From Escherichia coli (GTDB lineage Bacteria > Pseudomonadota > Gammaproteobacteria > Enterobacterales > Enterobacteriaceae), in the NCBI RefSeq assembly GCF_030013205.1, contig NZ_CP122648.1: DNA of 64,000 bases, one strand, 5' to 3'. Of this stretch, positions 32,148 to 44,432 are shown piece by piece. Numbering within the stretch: position 1 is the first letter of the stretch; each line of letters begins with the position of its first letter. The translations under genes were made by a program, and so were the position numbers. Below the pieces are notes generated by a model. That model did no database searches, had not been told where the DNA came from, and saw only the letters and a list, made by a program, of their open reading frames with translations.

Positions 32148-33635
32148 TCAGGCCTCCAGGCTTATCCAGATGGTTTTCAGTTCGGTGAATTTTTCAAGGG
32201 CATGCAGGGATTTGTCGCGCCCGTTGCCGCTCTGCTTATAGCCGCCAAACGGCACGGTCATATCGCCGTCGTTGTAGTTATTGACGAAGACGGAGCCGGC
32301 TTTCAGGCGACGGCTCATGCGGTGCGCGCGGGAGAGGTCGCGCGTCCATACTGCCGCGCCGAGGCCGTACTGGCTGTCGTTAGCAAGCTGTAGCGCCTGT
32401 TCTTCTGATGTGAAACGCGTGACCACCAGCACTGGACCGAAAATCTCTTCGCGGCTTAAGGACGCATTCGGGTCTACATCCACAAAGATGGTCGGGCCGA
32501 TGGCGGCAGCCAGCTCGGCGTTACGGCCATCCAGCAGCAGTTGCCCTTTGCTTTCGCCTTCACGAATAAAGCTATGGACCGAGTCGGCGTGGGCGCAGTC
32601 GATTAAGGTGCCCATGGTGGTTGCGGGATCAAGTGGATGACCCGGCTGCCAGTTTTGCGCCTGCTGTTTTAACAGGGCTAAGAATTCATCGGCGATGCTC
32701 TCTTCCAGCAACAAACGCGTTCCGGCGATGCACACCTGGCCCTGGTTGTAGAAAATGCCTGCGGCGGTGGCGCTTGCCGCCTGTTGCAAATTCGGGCAGT
32801 CGGCGAAAACGATGTTGGCGCTTTTGCCGCCCGCCTCCAGCCAGACGCGTTTCATGTTGCTGTCGCCCGCGTCCTTCAGCAGCTGTTTCCCGGTGCGGGT
32901 TGAGCCAGTAAAGGCAATGGCATCGATATCGTTATGGCGCGAAAGCGCCTGCCCGGCTTCATGACCAAAACCCGTCACCACGTTCAACACACCATCCGGC
33001 AGCCCCGCTTCTTTCGCCAGCCCCGCGAGACGAATCGCACTGAGCGGTGATTTTTCAGACGGTTTTAGAATCACGCTGTTTCCCGCCGCCAGCGCCGGGC
33101 CGAGTTTCCAGCAAGTCAGCAGCAGCGGGAAGTTCCACGGCACGATGGCGGCAATCACGCCGACCGGTTCACGCACGATCATCGCCAGCTCATGGCTACT
33201 GGTGGTCGCCACTTCGCCATACACTTTGTCGATCGCTTCGGCGTACCAGCGAATGGCGCGCGCCGCGCCGGGAATATCATCACGCAGACTGTGACGAATC
33301 GGTTTGCCGGTGTCGAGCGTTTCCAGCAGCGCCAGTTCTTCAGCGTTAGCTTCCATTAAATCGGCGAGTTTATTCAACACCGCTTTACGCTTAGCCGGAG
33401 AAGAGAGTGACCAGTCGCCACGTTCAAACACGCCGCGTGCTGCGCTCACCGCACGGTCGATATCGACGCTCTTGCCGCGGGCAATTTTCGCCAGCGGTGC
33501 CTGGGTGACCGGATCAACGGTTTCAAAAGTTTCATTTTCCGCCGCAGCAGTATATTCACCGTTAATAAATAAGCGGGTTTCAATGGCGAGACTTAACGCT
33601 TTATCCTGCCAGTAAGCCAGATGATGAAAATTCAT
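32148..33635 (-). CDS. puuC: NAD-dependent aldehyde dehydrogenase
   Basis: ORF 32148-33731; start placed at the internal Met (MNFHHLAYWQ) to give 495 aa. Confidence 0.85.
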   Translation of the reverse strand: MNFHHLAYWQDKALSLAIETRLFINGEYTAAAENETFETVDPVTQAPLAKIARGKSVDIDRAVSAARGVFERGDWSLSSPAKRKAVLNKLADLMEANAEELALLETLDTGKPIRHSLRDDIPGAARAIRWYAEAIDKVYGEVATTSSHELAMIVREPVGVIAAIVPWNFPLLLTCWKLGPALAAGNSVILKPSEKSPLSAIRLAGLAKEAGLPDGVLNVVTGFGHEAGQALSRHNDIDAIAFTGSTRTGKQLLKDAGDSNMKRVWLEAGGKSANIVFADCPNLQQAASATAAGIFYNQGQVCIAGTRLLLEESIADEFLALLKQQAQNWQPGHPLDPATTMGTLIDCAHADSVHSFIREGESKGQLLLDGRNAELAAAIGPTIFVDVDPNASLSREEIFGPVLVVTRFTSEEQALQLANDSQYGLGAAVWTRDLSRAHRMSRRLKAGSVFVNNYNDGDMTVPFGGYKQSGNGRDKSLHALEKFTELKTIWISLEA

Positions 33636-33784
33636 TATGACTCCTGTTTCACGTCTATCAGATATATGCAGTTTGTGAACGTCAGGGCGCAGAGATCCCC
33701 GGGCCGTATGCCCGTTTATTTCTGGCGACATTCTTTATAGATTGCCGGGCGCATTGCACTTACCCGGCTTACAGAACAAAAAGA

Positions 33785-34342
33785 TTAAAACGTGGTGGGC
33801 GTATGGGCGCTGATAATTCGGCAAATACCTGCCGACGTATTACTGAAACTGTGCGGGATGCCGGTATTAATGGCATAACTTTGCCCCGCGACGAGGTGGT
33901 AATCCTGACCATTAATCGTCAGAACAATTTCACCTTCCAGTACAGTGCCTATTTCCTCACCCTGATGCTTAATTCTTTCCCCAGTGGTTGTGCCCGGCTG
34001 GTAAGTTTCAAAGATCATCGCCAGCGTGCGATTCGGGTTACCGTTATGAACCAGCTTCATTGACACACCCTGACTGCCCATCTCAATTAAGTCGTCCTGA
34101 TTAATGACGACCTGCGGCTCATCAGGTTTTTCCGGCTCGGAAAAGAATTCCGAGAGTGACAGACCATACACCTTCAGCAGCTTTTGCAGCGTACTGATGG
34201 CAGGGCTGACTTTATCTTGTTCTATCGTACTGATAGCACTGTGAGTCAGCCCGGAGAGTTCGGCGGCACGACGTTGTGAAAGCCCCTGCTGCTGGCGGAT
34301 TTCCGACAAGCGTTTTCCTGGCGCCAGTCCCTCATCACTCAT
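33785..34342 (-). CDS. puuR: HTH (XRE) plus cupin repressor of the puu genes
   Basis: 185-aa ORF; recognised by sequence recall. Confidence 0.9.
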   Translation of the reverse strand: MSDEGLAPGKRLSEIRQQQGLSQRRAAELSGLTHSAISTIEQDKVSPAISTLQKLLKVYGLSLSEFFSEPEKPDEPQVVINQDDLIEMGSQGVSMKLVHNGNPNRTLAMIFETYQPGTTTGERIKHQGEEIGTVLEGEIVLTINGQDYHLVAGQSYAINTGIPHSFSNTSAGICRIISAHTPTTF

Positions 34343-34368
34343 ATTTGCATTTCCTTAAACTGTAGTGG

Positions 34369-35133
34369 TCAGAGTCGCTGTTTTTCAGCGATATGGTGCT
34401 GACAAGCGGTGATAAAGCCCTCGAACAATATACGCGAAAGCGCGTACTCGCTACTGTTCCATTCCGGGTGCCACTGTACGCCCAGCGCAAAAGGATGATT
34501 GATGACGCTAACCGCCTCAACTAAGCCATCCGGCGAGCGAGCTTCAACACGCAACCGTGGGCTAACGACCTTCGCCCCTTGTCCATGCAGAGAGTTTACC
34601 CAAAAGTTGCTACATTCAGGTAACAACGCAGACAGTAATCCCCCCTCTTCAACCTGAACTTCATGCGACGGCGCATATTGCTGCTCCACCGGCAGTTCGG
34701 GATCTTCCCGATGTTCCAGCAATTCAGGCTGTTCGCACAGCTTGCGATGCAACGAACCACCGGTTGCCACCACCAGTTCCTGTAAACCCCGGCAGATGGC
34801 GAAAATGGGGATGCGCCTTTCGAGTGCGGCATTAATTAACGCCATGCTCAGAAGATCACGCCCGGGATCGGCGTCAGGCTCATCGCCGTTTTCACCATAT
34901 AGGTGCGGCTGCACATTGCTGGGACTACCAGGAAGATAAATACCATCGAGTTTCGGCAAAAGTTGTTCAAGTAACGACGGTTCCGCCAGCGCATGTGGTA
35001 GCGCAATTGGCAAGCCGCCTGTGTGGATGATGGCATTCAGGTACTTTTCTTGCAGAGTCTGGGTCGCATGACCCTTAAGCCGGTTCCTGCACATTACGAC
35101 ACCGATAACCGGATTGTTCATTATATTTTCCAT
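34369..35133 (-). CDS. puuD: Gamma-glutamyl-GABA hydrolase (class I glutamine amidotransferase-like)
   Basis: ORF 34369-35145; start placed at MENIMNNPV to give 254 aa. Confidence 0.85.
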   Translation of the reverse strand: MENIMNNPVIGVVMCRNRLKGHATQTLQEKYLNAIIHTGGLPIALPHALAEPSLLEQLLPKLDGIYLPGSPSNVQPHLYGENGDEPDADPGRDLLSMALINAALERRIPIFAICRGLQELVVATGGSLHRKLCEQPELLEHREDPELPVEQQYAPSHEVQVEEGGLLSALLPECSNFWVNSLHGQGAKVVSPRLRVEARSPDGLVEAVSVINHPFALGVQWHPEWNSSEYALSRILFEGFITACQHHIAEKQRL

Positions 35134-35191
35134 GCTCAATCTCACAAAGTGGACTAAATTATCGCCATTACTGCGCTTTAAATGACCTTTA

Positions 35192-35205
35192 TGTTCAATA
35201 TTTTT
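35192..35205. promoter_or_regulatory. Candidate PuuR box in the puuA/puuD divergent region
   Basis: Minus-strand AAAATATTGAACA resembles the recalled PuuR consensus AAAATATAATGAACA. Recall is uncertain. Confidence 0.25.
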
Positions 35206-35286
35206 TCAATCTAGCAGTGGGTTTTCATTTTTGCAAACTCAATTTAACATTTGACAAACATTTAGTTTGCATACAGATTCGAATGG

Positions 35287-35301
35287 TGGTCATTATATTT
35301 T
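35287..35301. promoter_or_regulatory. Candidate PuuR box just upstream of puuA
   Basis: Minus-strand AAAATATAATGACCA, one mismatch to the recalled consensus. Confidence 0.3.
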
Positions 35302-35344
35302 ACGCTTTGATAACGAGCGGAAAACAAACCAAAGGCGAAGAATC

Positions 35345-36763
35345 ATGGAAACCAATATCGTTGAAGTAGAGAACTTTGTTCAGCAGTCAGAAGAGAGGCG
35401 GGGTAGCGCCTTTACGCAGGAAGTGAAACGCTACCTGGAGCGCTACCCGAATACGCAATATGTTGATGTTTTACTTACCGATTTGAATGGTTGCTTCCGT
35501 GGAAAACGTATTCCTGTTTCAAGCCTGAAGAAGCTCGAGAAAGGGTGTTATTTCCCGGCCTCGGTGTTTGCAATGGATATTCTGGGCAACGTAGTAGAAG
35601 AAGCGGGCCTGGGTCAGGAAATGGGCGAGCCGGATCGTACCTGTGTTCCTGTTCTCGGTTCCTTAACCCCTTCTGCCGCCGATCCAGAGTTTATCGGTCA
35701 GATGCTCCTGACCATGGTCGATGAAGATGGCGCTCCCTTTGACGTTGAGCCGCGGAACGTTCTTAACCGCCTGTGGCAGCAGCTGCGCCAGCGCGGATTG
35801 TTCCCGGTCGTAGCGGTAGAGCTGGAGTTCTATTTACTGGATCGCCAGCGCGACGCTGAAGGATATCTGCAACCGCCCTGCGCGCCCGGCACCGATGACC
35901 GCAATACACAAAGCCAGGTTTACTCCGTTGATAACCTCAACCACTTCGCCGACGTGCTCAATGATATTGATGAGCTGGCGCAGTTACAGCTGATTCCGGC
36001 AGATGGCGCGGTCGCTGAGGCCTCGCCAGGTCAGTTTGAAATCAATCTTTACCATACCGATAACGTGCTGGAAGCTTGCGATGATGCGCTGGCACTAAAA
36101 CGCCTGGTGCGTCTGATGGCAGAAAAGCATAAGATGCACGCCACTTTTATGGCGAAGCCGTATGAAGAGCACGCGGGCAGCGGGATGCATATCCATATCA
36201 GTATGCAAAATAACCGTGGCGAGAACGTGCTTTCTGACGCGGAAGGCGAAGATTCGCCGCTGCTGAAAAAGATGCTTGCCGGGATGATTGACCTGATGCC
36301 GTCATCAATGGCGTTGCTGGCACCAAACGTGAACTCGTATCGCCGCTTCCAGCCAGGTATGTATGTACCGACGCAGGCGTCGTGGGGCCATAACAACCGC
36401 ACCGTCGCCCTGCGTATTCCGTGCGGCGATCGCCATAATCACCGCGTGGAATATCGCGTGGCGGGTGCCGATGCCAACCCGTATCTGGTGATGGCGGCGA
36501 TTTTTGCCGGTATTTTGCATGGCCTTGATAACGAACTGCCATTACAGGAAGAAGTCGAAGGTAACGGGCTGGAACAGGAAGGCTTACCCTTCCCGATTCG
36601 TCAGAGCGATGCCCTGGGTGAGTTTATCGAGAATGATCACCTGCGCCGCTATTTAGGCGAACGGTTTTGCCATGTCTATCACGCCTGTAAAAATGATGAG
36701 CTGTTGCAGTTTGAGCGCCTCATCACAGAAACAGAAATTGAGTGGATGTTGAAAAACGCGTAA
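35345..36763 (+). CDS. puuA: Gamma-glutamylputrescine synthetase (glutamine synthetase family)
   Basis: ORF 35267-36763; start placed at METNIVEV to give 472 aa. Confidence 0.9.
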   Translation: METNIVEVENFVQQSEERRGSAFTQEVKRYLERYPNTQYVDVLLTDLNGCFRGKRIPVSSLKKLEKGCYFPASVFAMDILGNVVEEAGLGQEMGEPDRTCVPVLGSLTPSAADPEFIGQMLLTMVDEDGAPFDVEPRNVLNRLWQQLRQRGLFPVVAVELEFYLLDRQRDAEGYLQPPCAPGTDDRNTQSQVYSVDNLNHFADVLNDIDELAQLQLIPADGAVAEASPGQFEINLYHTDNVLEACDDALALKRLVRLMAEKHKMHATFMAKPYEEHAGSGMHIHISMQNNRGENVLSDAEGEDSPLLKKMLAGMIDLMPSSMALLAPNVNSYRRFQPGMYVPTQASWGHNNRTVALRIPCGDRHNHRVEYRVAGADANPYLVMAAIFAGILHGLDNELPLQEEVEGNGLEQEGLPFPIRQSDALGEFIENDHLRRYLGERFCHVYHACKNDELLQFERLITETEIEWMLKNA

Positions 36764-36764
36764 T

Positions 36765-36786
36765 ACCCCTTGCGGGGTTGTTTCAT
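36765..36786 (+). terminator. Short hairpin (ACCCC-TTGC-GGGGT) and T-rich tail after puuA
   Basis: Begins 2 nt after the puuA stop; weak stem. Confidence 0.3.
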
Positions 36787-37065
36787 CGGCCTGAGCGGAG
36801 CCAGGCCTGACATTTGCTGGTAATCCAGACATTTTCCGGATGTCGCGTTATGGAGCGCAGGCGGCAACGGGCTTCCGTTAACGATTAAGACTGTGACGAG
36901 GAAATGAGATGATGCCGATGATTAAATCCCCGCATGGCGAGGGAGGCTGCGTATGCGCCCCTCCTGCTACTGACTGGACTCCGCCCCCTTTGCTTCCCTT
37001 GCTAAACAGGTTTGATTTCAGGTCGACACGACCGCAAACCTTATTACGCAGGGGAGGCAGCAACT

Positions 37066-38451
37066 ATGGCTATTAATTCACCACTAACTATTGCTGCGCA
37101 ATCTGGCAAAACCCGTCTGCGAAAATCACTGAAATTGTGGCAGGTGGTGATGATGGGTCTGGCCTATCTCACGCCGATGACCGTATTTGATACTTTTGGT
37201 ATTGTCTCCGGCATTAGCGACGGTCACGTTCCGGCGTCCTATTTGCTGGCGCTGGCGGGCGTGCTGTTTACCGCTATCAGCTACGGCAAACTGGTTCGCC
37301 AGTTTCCGGAAGCCGGTTCGGCCTATACCTACGCGCAAAAGTCGATTAACCCGCACGTCGGATTTATGGTCGGCTGGTCATCGCTGCTGGATTATCTCTT
37401 TTTGCCAATGATCAACGTTTTATTGGCGAAAATCTATCTCTCCGCCCTCTTCCCGGAAGTGCCGCCGTGGGTGTGGGTGGTAACCTTCGTCGCCATTTTA
37501 ACCGCCGCGAATCTGAAGAGCGTCAACCTGGTTGCTAACTTCAATACCCTGTTTGTACTGGTGCAAATCTCCATCATGGTGGTGTTTATCTTCCTTGTGG
37601 TTCAGGGACTGCATAAAGGAGAAGGCGTTGGCACCGTCTGGTCACTTCAGCCGTTTATCAGCGAGAACGCGCACCTGATCCCGATTATTACCGGGGCGAC
37701 GATTGTCTGTTTCTCCTTCCTCGGTTTCGATGCGGTGACCACGCTTTCGGAAGAGACACCGGACGCCGCACGCGTGATCCCGAAAGCCATCTTCCTGACG
37801 GCGGTATACGGCGGCGTTATCTTTATCGCTGCGTCGTTCTTTATGCAGCTGTTCTTTCCCGATATCAGCCGCTTTAAAGACCCGGACGCCGCACTGCCTG
37901 AAATTGCGCTGTACGTCGGCGGCAAGCTCTTCCAGTCGATTTTCCTCTGCACCACGTTTGTGAACACGTTAGCGTCTGGCCTGGCTTCACATGCCAGCGT
38001 GTCGCGTCTGCTGTATGTGATGGGGCGTGACAATGTGTTTCCGGAGCGCGTGTTTGGCTATGTGCACCCGAAATGGCGGACTCCGGCACTGAACGTCATT
38101 ATGGTCGGGATTGTTGCGCTGTCGGCGCTGTTCTTTGATTTAGTCACCGCGACAGCATTGATTAACTTCGGTGCTCTGGTGGCATTTACCTTCGTAAATC
38201 TGTCGGTGTTTAATCATTTCTGGCGGCGTAAAGGAATGAATAAAAGCTGGAAGGATCACTTCCACTATTTGCTGATGCCGCTGGTTGGCGCGTTGACGGT
38301 GGGTGTGCTGTGGGTTAACCTCGAGTCAACGTCACTGACACTCGGTCTGGTATGGGCTTCGTTAGGCGGCGCATATTTGTGGTATCTGATCCGCCGCTAT
38401 CGCAAAGTGCCGTTGTATGATGGTGACAGAACGCCGGTGAGCGAAACGTAA
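37066..38451 (+). CDS. puuP: Putrescine importer (APC-family permease)
   Basis: ORF 37012-38451; start placed at MAINSPL to give 461 aa. Confidence 0.9.
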   Translation: MAINSPLTIAAQSGKTRLRKSLKLWQVVMMGLAYLTPMTVFDTFGIVSGISDGHVPASYLLALAGVLFTAISYGKLVRQFPEAGSAYTYAQKSINPHVGFMVGWSSLLDYLFLPMINVLLAKIYLSALFPEVPPWVWVVTFVAILTAANLKSVNLVANFNTLFVLVQISIMVVFIFLVVQGLHKGEGVGTVWSLQPFISENAHLIPIITGATIVCFSFLGFDAVTTLSEETPDAARVIPKAIFLTAVYGGVIFIAASFFMQLFFPDISRFKDPDAALPEIALYVGGKLFQSIFLCTTFVNTLASGLASHASVSRLLYVMGRDNVFPERVFGYVHPKWRTPALNVIMVGIVALSALFFDLVTATALINFGALVAFTFVNLSVFNHFWRRKGMNKSWKDHFHYLLMPLVGALTVGVLWVNLESTSLTLGLVWASLGGAYLWYLIRRYRKVPLYDGDRTPVSET

Positions 38452-38584
38452 TAGTCGGATGCGCGGCGCATTATCCTGCCTGAGGGTAATGCACCGCGCC
38501 ATTAACTATAAAAAGATGTATGACCCGGATCACGAGTGCTATCATCCGCCCTTATGCTTAGCGCATTAACCCCAGGGGCAAATA

Positions 38585-38830
38585 ATGAACCACGATATCC
38601 CGCTAAAATATTTTGATATTGCCGATGAGTACGCGACCGAATGCGCAGAGCCTGTCGCAGACGCTGAACGCACACCGCTGGCCCACTACTTCCAGTTACT
38701 GCTCACCCGTTTGATGAACAATGAAGAGATCAGCGAAGAAGCCCAACATGAAATGGCTGCTGAAGCGGGGATTAATCCCGTACGCATTGATGAGATCGCA
38801 GAGTTTTTGAATCAATGGGGTAATGAGTAA
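38585..38830 (+). CDS. ymjA: Small acidic protein of unknown function
   Basis: 81-aa ORF; recognised by sequence recall. Confidence 0.8.
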   Translation: MNHDIPLKYFDIADEYATECAEPVADAERTPLAHYFQLLLTRLMNNEEISEEAQHEMAAEAGINPVRIDEIAEFLNQWGNE

Positions 38831-38863
38831 TTATTTCATTGCAGACGCTCGGTCAGTATCGTT

Positions 38864-38894
38864 GCCCGGATAAAGCGTTCACGCCGCATCCGGC
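38864..38894. repeat. REP element downstream of ymjA
   Basis: GCCCGGATAAAGCGTTCACGCCGCATCCGGC. Confidence 0.55.
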
Positions 38895-39142
38895 TAAAAA
38901 TGACACGCACTGCAGCGTGCTTTAATGGGTTTCTCACGATCGTACCGCTCTGCTCCTCGCTAAGTTGTTCTGTGAGTTATAGTTATAGAGAAATCACGGG
39001 TACGAATGTTGAACAGATGGCGACGTCACCTGTTCAACGACCAACCACACGGCCCTCATTACGACCCCTGAACACAAACGGTAATGGCAAATGTCATTAA
39101 ATATTAGTAAGATAGCCTCTTTACATAAAATCCATTAATATT

Positions 39143-40786
39143 ATGCGCCAGGTATTATCGTCTCTTTTGGTGATTGCTGGACTTGTGAGTGGTCAGGCAA
39201 TCGCCGCGCCTGAATCCCCCCCGCATGCTGATATCCGCGATAGCGGTTTTGTCTATTGCGTCAGCGGGCAAGTCAACACCTTTAACCCATCCAAAGCGAG
39301 CAGTGGGTTAATTGTCGATACCCTTGCCGCCCAGTTTTATGATCGACTGCTGGATGTCGATCCCTATACCTATCGCCTGATGCCGGAACTTGCCGAAAGC
39401 TGGGAAGTACTCGACAACGGCGCGACCTATCGCTTCCACCTGCGTCGCGATGTTCCGTTTCAAAAAACCGACTGGTTTACTCCCACTCGTAAAATGAATG
39501 CCGACGATGTGGTGTTTACCTTCCAGCGAATTTTTGACCGCAACAACCCGTGGCATAACGTCAACGGCAGCAACTTCCCCTACTTCGACAGCCTGCAATT
39601 TGCCGATAACGTGAAAAGCGTCCGCAAACTGGATAATCATACGGTTGAGTTCCGACTCGCCCAGCCGGATGCTTCTTTTTTGTGGCACCTGGCGACCCAT
39701 TATGCATCGGTCATGTCGGCAGAATATGCCGGGAAGTTAGAGAAAGAAGATCGTCAGGAACAACTCGACCGTCAGCCGGTCGGCACTGGACCGTATCAGT
39801 TGTCGGAATACCGCGCCGGGCAATTTATTCGCCTACAACGTCATGATGACTTCTGGCGCGGCAAACCGTTAATGCCGCAGGTGGTGGTGGATTTAGGCTC
39901 CGGCGGTACCGGACGTCTGTCGAAACTCCTGACCGGAGAGTGCGACGTTCTGGCCTGGCCTGCTGCCAGTCAGCTATCCATTTTGCGTGACGACCCACGC
40001 TTGCGTTTAACGCTGCGTCCTGGGATGAACGTCGCCTATCTGGCATTCAACACCGCCAAACCGCCGCTAAATAATCCCGCTGTCCGCCATGCGCTGGCAC
40101 TGGCGATTAATAACCAGCGTCTGATGCAATCCATCTATTATGGTACGGCTGAAACGGCAGCCTCTATTTTACCGCGCGCCTCGTGGGCCTATGACAACGA
40201 GGCTAAAATTACTGAATACAATCCGGCGAAATCGCGCGAACAGTTGAAGGCGTTGGGGCTGGAAAACTTAACGCTGAAACTGTGGGTGCCAACACGTTCG
40301 CAGGCGTGGAACCCCAGTCCACTGAAAACCGCCGAACTGATTCAGGCGGATATGGCGCAGGTTGGCGTAAAAGTGGTGATTGTGCCGGTAGAAGGTCGTT
40401 TTCAGGAGGCGCGGTTGATGGATATGAGCCATGATCTGACGTTATCCGGTTGGGCGACGGACAGTAACGACCCGGACAGTTTCTTCCGTCCGTTACTGAG
40501 CTGCGCAGCAATTCATTCGCAGACCAACCTCGCCCACTGGTGCGATCCGAAATTCGACAGCGTGTTGCGTAAGGCGCTCTCCTCGCAGCAGCTGGCGGCG
40601 CGTATTGAAGCCTATGACGAAGCGCAAAGTATTCTGGCGCAGGAATTACCAATATTGCCGCTGGCCTCGTCATTGCGCTTGCAGGCCTATCGGTACGATA
40701 TCAAAGGTCTGGTACTTAGTCCGTTTGGTAACGCCTCCTTTGCTGGGGTGTATCGCGAGAAACAGGATGAGGTGAAAAAACCATGA
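39143..40786 (+). CDS. sapA: Periplasmic substrate-binding protein of the Sap ABC transporter
   Basis: 547-aa ORF with signal peptide; recognised by sequence recall. Confidence 0.9.
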   Translation: MRQVLSSLLVIAGLVSGQAIAAPESPPHADIRDSGFVYCVSGQVNTFNPSKASSGLIVDTLAAQFYDRLLDVDPYTYRLMPELAESWEVLDNGATYRFHLRRDVPFQKTDWFTPTRKMNADDVVFTFQRIFDRNNPWHNVNGSNFPYFDSLQFADNVKSVRKLDNHTVEFRLAQPDASFLWHLATHYASVMSAEYAGKLEKEDRQEQLDRQPVGTGPYQLSEYRAGQFIRLQRHDDFWRGKPLMPQVVVDLGSGGTGRLSKLLTGECDVLAWPAASQLSILRDDPRLRLTLRPGMNVAYLAFNTAKPPLNNPAVRHALALAINNQRLMQSIYYGTAETAASILPRASWAYDNEAKITEYNPAKSREQLKALGLENLTLKLWVPTRSQAWNPSPLKTAELIQADMAQVGVKVVIVPVEGRFQEARLMDMSHDLTLSGWATDSNDPDSFFRPLLSCAAIHSQTNLAHWCDPKFDSVLRKALSSQQLAARIEAYDEAQSILAQELPILPLASSLRLQAYRYDIKGLVLSPFGNASFAGVYREKQDEVKKP

Positions 40787-41748
40787 TTATCTTCACCTTA
40801 CGCCGCATTTTGTTATTGATTGTCACCTTGTTCCTGCTGACCTTCGTTGGCTTCAGCTTGAGCTATTTCACCCCACATGCGCCGTTACAAGGCGCGTCAC
40901 TGTGGAATGCCTGGGTGTTCTGGTTTAATGGCCTGATCCACTGGGATTTTGGTGTTTCCAGCATTAACGGTCAACCGATTGCCGAACAGTTAAAAGAGGT
41001 CTTCCCGGCGACGATGGAACTGTGCATCCTCGCCTTCGGTTTTGCGCTGATTGTTGGCATCCCCGTGGGGATGATTGCCGGGATTACGCGCCATAAGTGG
41101 CAGGATAACTTGATCAACGCCATCGCCTTACTGGGCTTTTCAATCCCGGTGTTCTGGCTGGCGCTTCTGTTGACGCTGTTTTGTTCACTCACGCTAGGTT
41201 GGTTGCCCGTTTCAGGGCGTTTCGATCTGCTCTACGAAGTGAAACCGATTACCGGTTTTGCGTTGATTGATGCCTGGCTTTCGGACTCACCATGGCGGGA
41301 TGAAATGGTCATGAGCGCAATCCGCCATATGATATTGCCCGTGATCACCCTGTCGGTTGCGCCAACAACTGAAGTGATCCGACTGATGCGTATCAGCACT
41401 ATCGAAGTGTATGACCAGAACTATGTTAAAGCAGCGGCGACCCGCGGTTTGTCGCGCTTTACTATCTTGCGTCGCCACGTTCTGCATAACGCGTTACCTC
41501 CGGTTATTCCTCGCCTGGGCTTACAGTTTTCTACCATGCTGACGCTGGCGATGATCACCGAAATGGTTTTTAGCTGGCCGGGTTTAGGGCGCTGGTTAAT
41601 TAACGCCATCCGCCAGCAGGATTACGCAGCCATTTCCGCCGGAGTGATGGTGTGTGGCTCACTGGTCATTATTGTTAACGTGATTTCTGATATTTTGGGT
41701 GCCATGGCTAACCCTCTGAAACATAAGGAATGGTATGCCTTACGATAG
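40783..41748 (+). CDS. sapB: Sap ABC transporter permease
   Basis: 321-aa membrane ORF; 4-bp overlap with sapA. Confidence 0.9.
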   Translation: MIIFTLRRILLLIVTLFLLTFVGFSLSYFTPHAPLQGASLWNAWVFWFNGLIHWDFGVSSINGQPIAEQLKEVFPATMELCILAFGFALIVGIPVGMIAGITRHKWQDNLINAIALLGFSIPVFWLALLLTLFCSLTLGWLPVSGRFDLLYEVKPITGFALIDAWLSDSPWRDEMVMSAIRHMILPVITLSVAPTTEVIRLMRISTIEVYDQNYVKAAATRGLSRFTILRRHVLHNALPPVIPRLGLQFSTMLTLAMITEMVFSWPGLGRWLINAIRQQDYAAISAGVMVCGSLVIIVNVISDILGAMANPLKHKEWYALR

Positions 41749-42625
41749 CGTATACAGCGAAAAGCGCCCGCCGGGCACGCTGCGTACCGCCTGGCGCAAA
41801 TTTTATAGTGACGCCTCTGCGATGGTCGGCCTGTACGGCTGCGCGGGGCTGGCTGTACTGTGTATTTTTGGCGGCTGGTTTGCGCCTTACGGCATCGATC
41901 AGCAATTTCTCGGTTATCAATTATTGCCGCCGTCATGGTCGCGCTATGGCGAAGTTTCTTTCTTCCTTGGGACTGACGACCTGGGACGCGATGTTTTAAG
42001 CCGTTTACTGAGCGGAGCTGCGCCAACCGTAGGCGGCGCATTTGTGGTGACGCTTGCCGCGACGATCTGCGGCCTGATACTGGGCACCTTCGCCGGCGCG
42101 ACGCACGGCCTACGCTCAGCGGTGCTTAACCATATTCTGGATACCTTACTGGCGATCCCTTCCCTACTGCTGGCAATTATCGTTGTAGCGTTTGCCGGAC
42201 CGAGTTTGTCTCACGCCATGTTTGCCGTCTGGCTGGCGCTGCTGCCTCGTATGGTACGTTCGATTTACAGCATGGTGCATGACGAACTGGAAAAAGAGTA
42301 CGTTATCGCCGCCCGTCTGGATGGCGCATCAACGCTGAATATTCTCTGGTTTGCTGTGATGCCAAACATCACCGCCGGGCTGGTCACCGAGATCACCCGC
42401 GCACTGTCGATGGCAATTCTCGATATCGCCGCGCTGGGCTTTCTCGATCTCGGCGCACAACTCCCCTCGCCTGAATGGGGAGCGATGCTCGGTGATGCGC
42501 TGGAACTGATTTATGTCGCCCCGTGGACTGTCATGCTGCCAGGTGCGGCAATTATGATTAGCGTGCTGTTGGTTAACCTCCTTGGCGACGGTGTCCGTCG
42601 TGCAATTATTGCGGGGGTGGAATAA
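41735..42625 (+). CDS. sapC: Sap ABC transporter permease
   Basis: 296-aa membrane ORF; overlaps sapB. Confidence 0.9.
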   Translation: MPYDSVYSEKRPPGTLRTAWRKFYSDASAMVGLYGCAGLAVLCIFGGWFAPYGIDQQFLGYQLLPPSWSRYGEVSFFLGTDDLGRDVLSRLLSGAAPTVGGAFVVTLAATICGLILGTFAGATHGLRSAVLNHILDTLLAIPSLLLAIIVVAFAGPSLSHAMFAVWLALLPRMVRSIYSMVHDELEKEYVIAARLDGASTLNILWFAVMPNITAGLVTEITRALSMAILDIAALGFLDLGAQLPSPEWGAMLGDALELIYVAPWTVMLPGAAIMISVLLVNLLGDGVRRAIIAGVE

Positions 42626-43617
42626 TGCCATTACTCGATATTCGTAACCTGACCATTGAATTTAAAACCGGTGATGAGTGGGTTAAAGCCGTCGACCGCG
42701 TAAGTATGACCTTAACCGAAGGTGAAATCCGCGGTCTTGTTGGCGAATCCGGTTCCGGCAAGAGTCTGATTGCGAAAGCGATTTGTGGGGTGAATAAAGA
42801 TAACTGGCGTGTTACTGCTGACCGTATGCGTTTTGATGATATCGATTTGCTGCGTCTCTCCGCACGCGAACGGCGCAAGCTAGTTGGTCACAACGTGTCG
42901 ATGATTTTCCAGGAACCGCAGTCGTGTCTTGACCCTTCAGAACGTGTGGGTCGCCAGTTGATGCAAAACATCCCAGCCTGGACCTATAAAGGCCGTTGGT
43001 GGCAGCGTTTTGGCTGGCGCAAACGCCGTGCCATTGAACTGCTGCACCGTGTGGGGATTAAAGATCACAAAGATGCGATGCGCAGTTTTCCCTATGAGTT
43101 GACCGAAGGCGAATGTCAGAAAGTGATGATAGCCATTGCACTGGCGAATCAACCGCGTCTGCTGATTGCTGACGAACCGACAAACTCAATGGAGCCAACA
43201 ACCCAGGCGCAAATCTTTCGCCTCCTGACGCGTCTCAACCAAAACAGCAATACCACTATTTTGCTTATCAGCCATGACTTACAAATGCTTAGCCAATGGG
43301 CGGATAAAATTAACGTGCTTTACTGCGGTCAAACGGTGGAAACCGCGCCAAGTAAGGAATTGGTGACAATGCCACATCATCCTTATACCCAGGCGCTGAT
43401 CCGCGCGATACCAGACTTCGGCAGCGCGATGCCGCATAAAAATCGCCTCAATACGCTGCCCGGCGCTATCCCACTGCTGGAACAGTTACCGATTGGGTGT
43501 CGTCTGGGGCCGCGTTGCCCGTATGCACAACGAGAATGCATTGTGACGCCACGTTTGACGGGGGCGAAAAATCATCTCTATGCCTGTCATTTCCCGCTGA
43601 ACATGGAGAAAGAGTGA
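42625..43617 (+). CDS. sapD: Sap ABC transporter ATP-binding protein
   Basis: 330-aa ORF with Walker A GESGSGKS. Confidence 0.9.
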   Translation: MPLLDIRNLTIEFKTGDEWVKAVDRVSMTLTEGEIRGLVGESGSGKSLIAKAICGVNKDNWRVTADRMRFDDIDLLRLSARERRKLVGHNVSMIFQEPQSCLDPSERVGRQLMQNIPAWTYKGRWWQRFGWRKRRAIELLHRVGIKDHKDAMRSFPYELTEGECQKVMIAIALANQPRLLIADEPTNSMEPTTQAQIFRLLTRLNQNSNTTILLISHDLQMLSQWADKINVLYCGQTVETAPSKELVTMPHHPYTQALIRAIPDFGSAMPHKNRLNTLPGAIPLLEQLPIGCRLGPRCPYAQRECIVTPRLTGAKNHLYACHFPLNMEKE

Positions 43618-43618
43618 G

Positions 43619-44425
43619 ATGATCGAAACGCTGCTTGAAGTGCGTAATTTAAGTAAAACGTTCCGCTACCGGACCGGCTGGTTTCGTCGTCAGACCGTAG
43701 AAGCGGTAAAACCCTTGAGCTTTACGCTACGTGAAGGCCAGACACTGGCGATCATTGGTGAGAATGGTTCTGGTAAATCCACGCTGGCAAAAATGCTGGC
43801 GGGAATGATAGAACCTACCAGCGGCGAGTTATTGATTGACGATCATCCGCTGCATTTTGGCGATTATTCCTTCCGCAGTCAGCGTATTCGCATGATTTTT
43901 CAGGATCCTTCGACCTCGTTGAATCCCCGTCAACGTATCTCGCAAATTCTGGATTTTCCACTGCGTCTGAACACCGATCTGGAACCTGAACAGCGTCGCA
44001 AACAGATTATTGAAACGATGCGTATGGTTGGGCTGCTACCGGATCACGTCAGTTACTATCCGCATATGTTGGCACCCGGGCAAAAACAGCGTCTGGGGCT
44101 GGCGCGCGCGCTGATATTGCGCCCAAAAGTCATTATTGCCGATGAAGCCCTCGCCTCACTGGATATGTCGATGCGTTCGCAGTTGATTAATCTGATGCTT
44201 GAGTTACAGGAAAAACAGGGCATTTCGTATATTTATGTTACCCAGCATATCGGAATGATGAAGCACATTAGCGACCAGGTGCTGGTGATGCATCAGGGCG
44301 AGGTTGTCGAGCGAGGCAGCACCGCAGATGTGCTGGCATCGCCGCTGCATGAACTCACCAAACGGCTGATTGCCGGTCATTTTGGCGAGGCATTGACGGC
44401 GGATGCGTGGCGTAAGGACCGTTAG
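43619..44425 (+). CDS. sapF: Sap ABC transporter ATP-binding protein
   Basis: 268-aa ORF with Walker A GENGSGKST. Confidence 0.9.
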   Translation: MIETLLEVRNLSKTFRYRTGWFRRQTVEAVKPLSFTLREGQTLAIIGENGSGKSTLAKMLAGMIEPTSGELLIDDHPLHFGDYSFRSQRIRMIFQDPSTSLNPRQRISQILDFPLRLNTDLEPEQRRKQIIETMRMVGLLPDHVSYYPHMLAPGQKQRLGLARALILRPKVIIADEALASLDMSMRSQLINLMLELQEKQGISYIYVTQHIGMMKHISDQVLVMHQGEVVERGSTADVLASPLHELTKRLIAGHFGEALTADAWRKDR

Positions 44426-44432
44426 TGTTTTG

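Noticed and set aside
36909-37076. Small low-complexity ORF (MMPMIKSPHGEGGCVCAPPATDWTPPPLLPLL...) upstream of puuP
   Set aside because: No ribosome-binding site, a proline/glycine-rich composition, and overlap with the puuP leader and start; more likely promoter or leader sequence than a gene.
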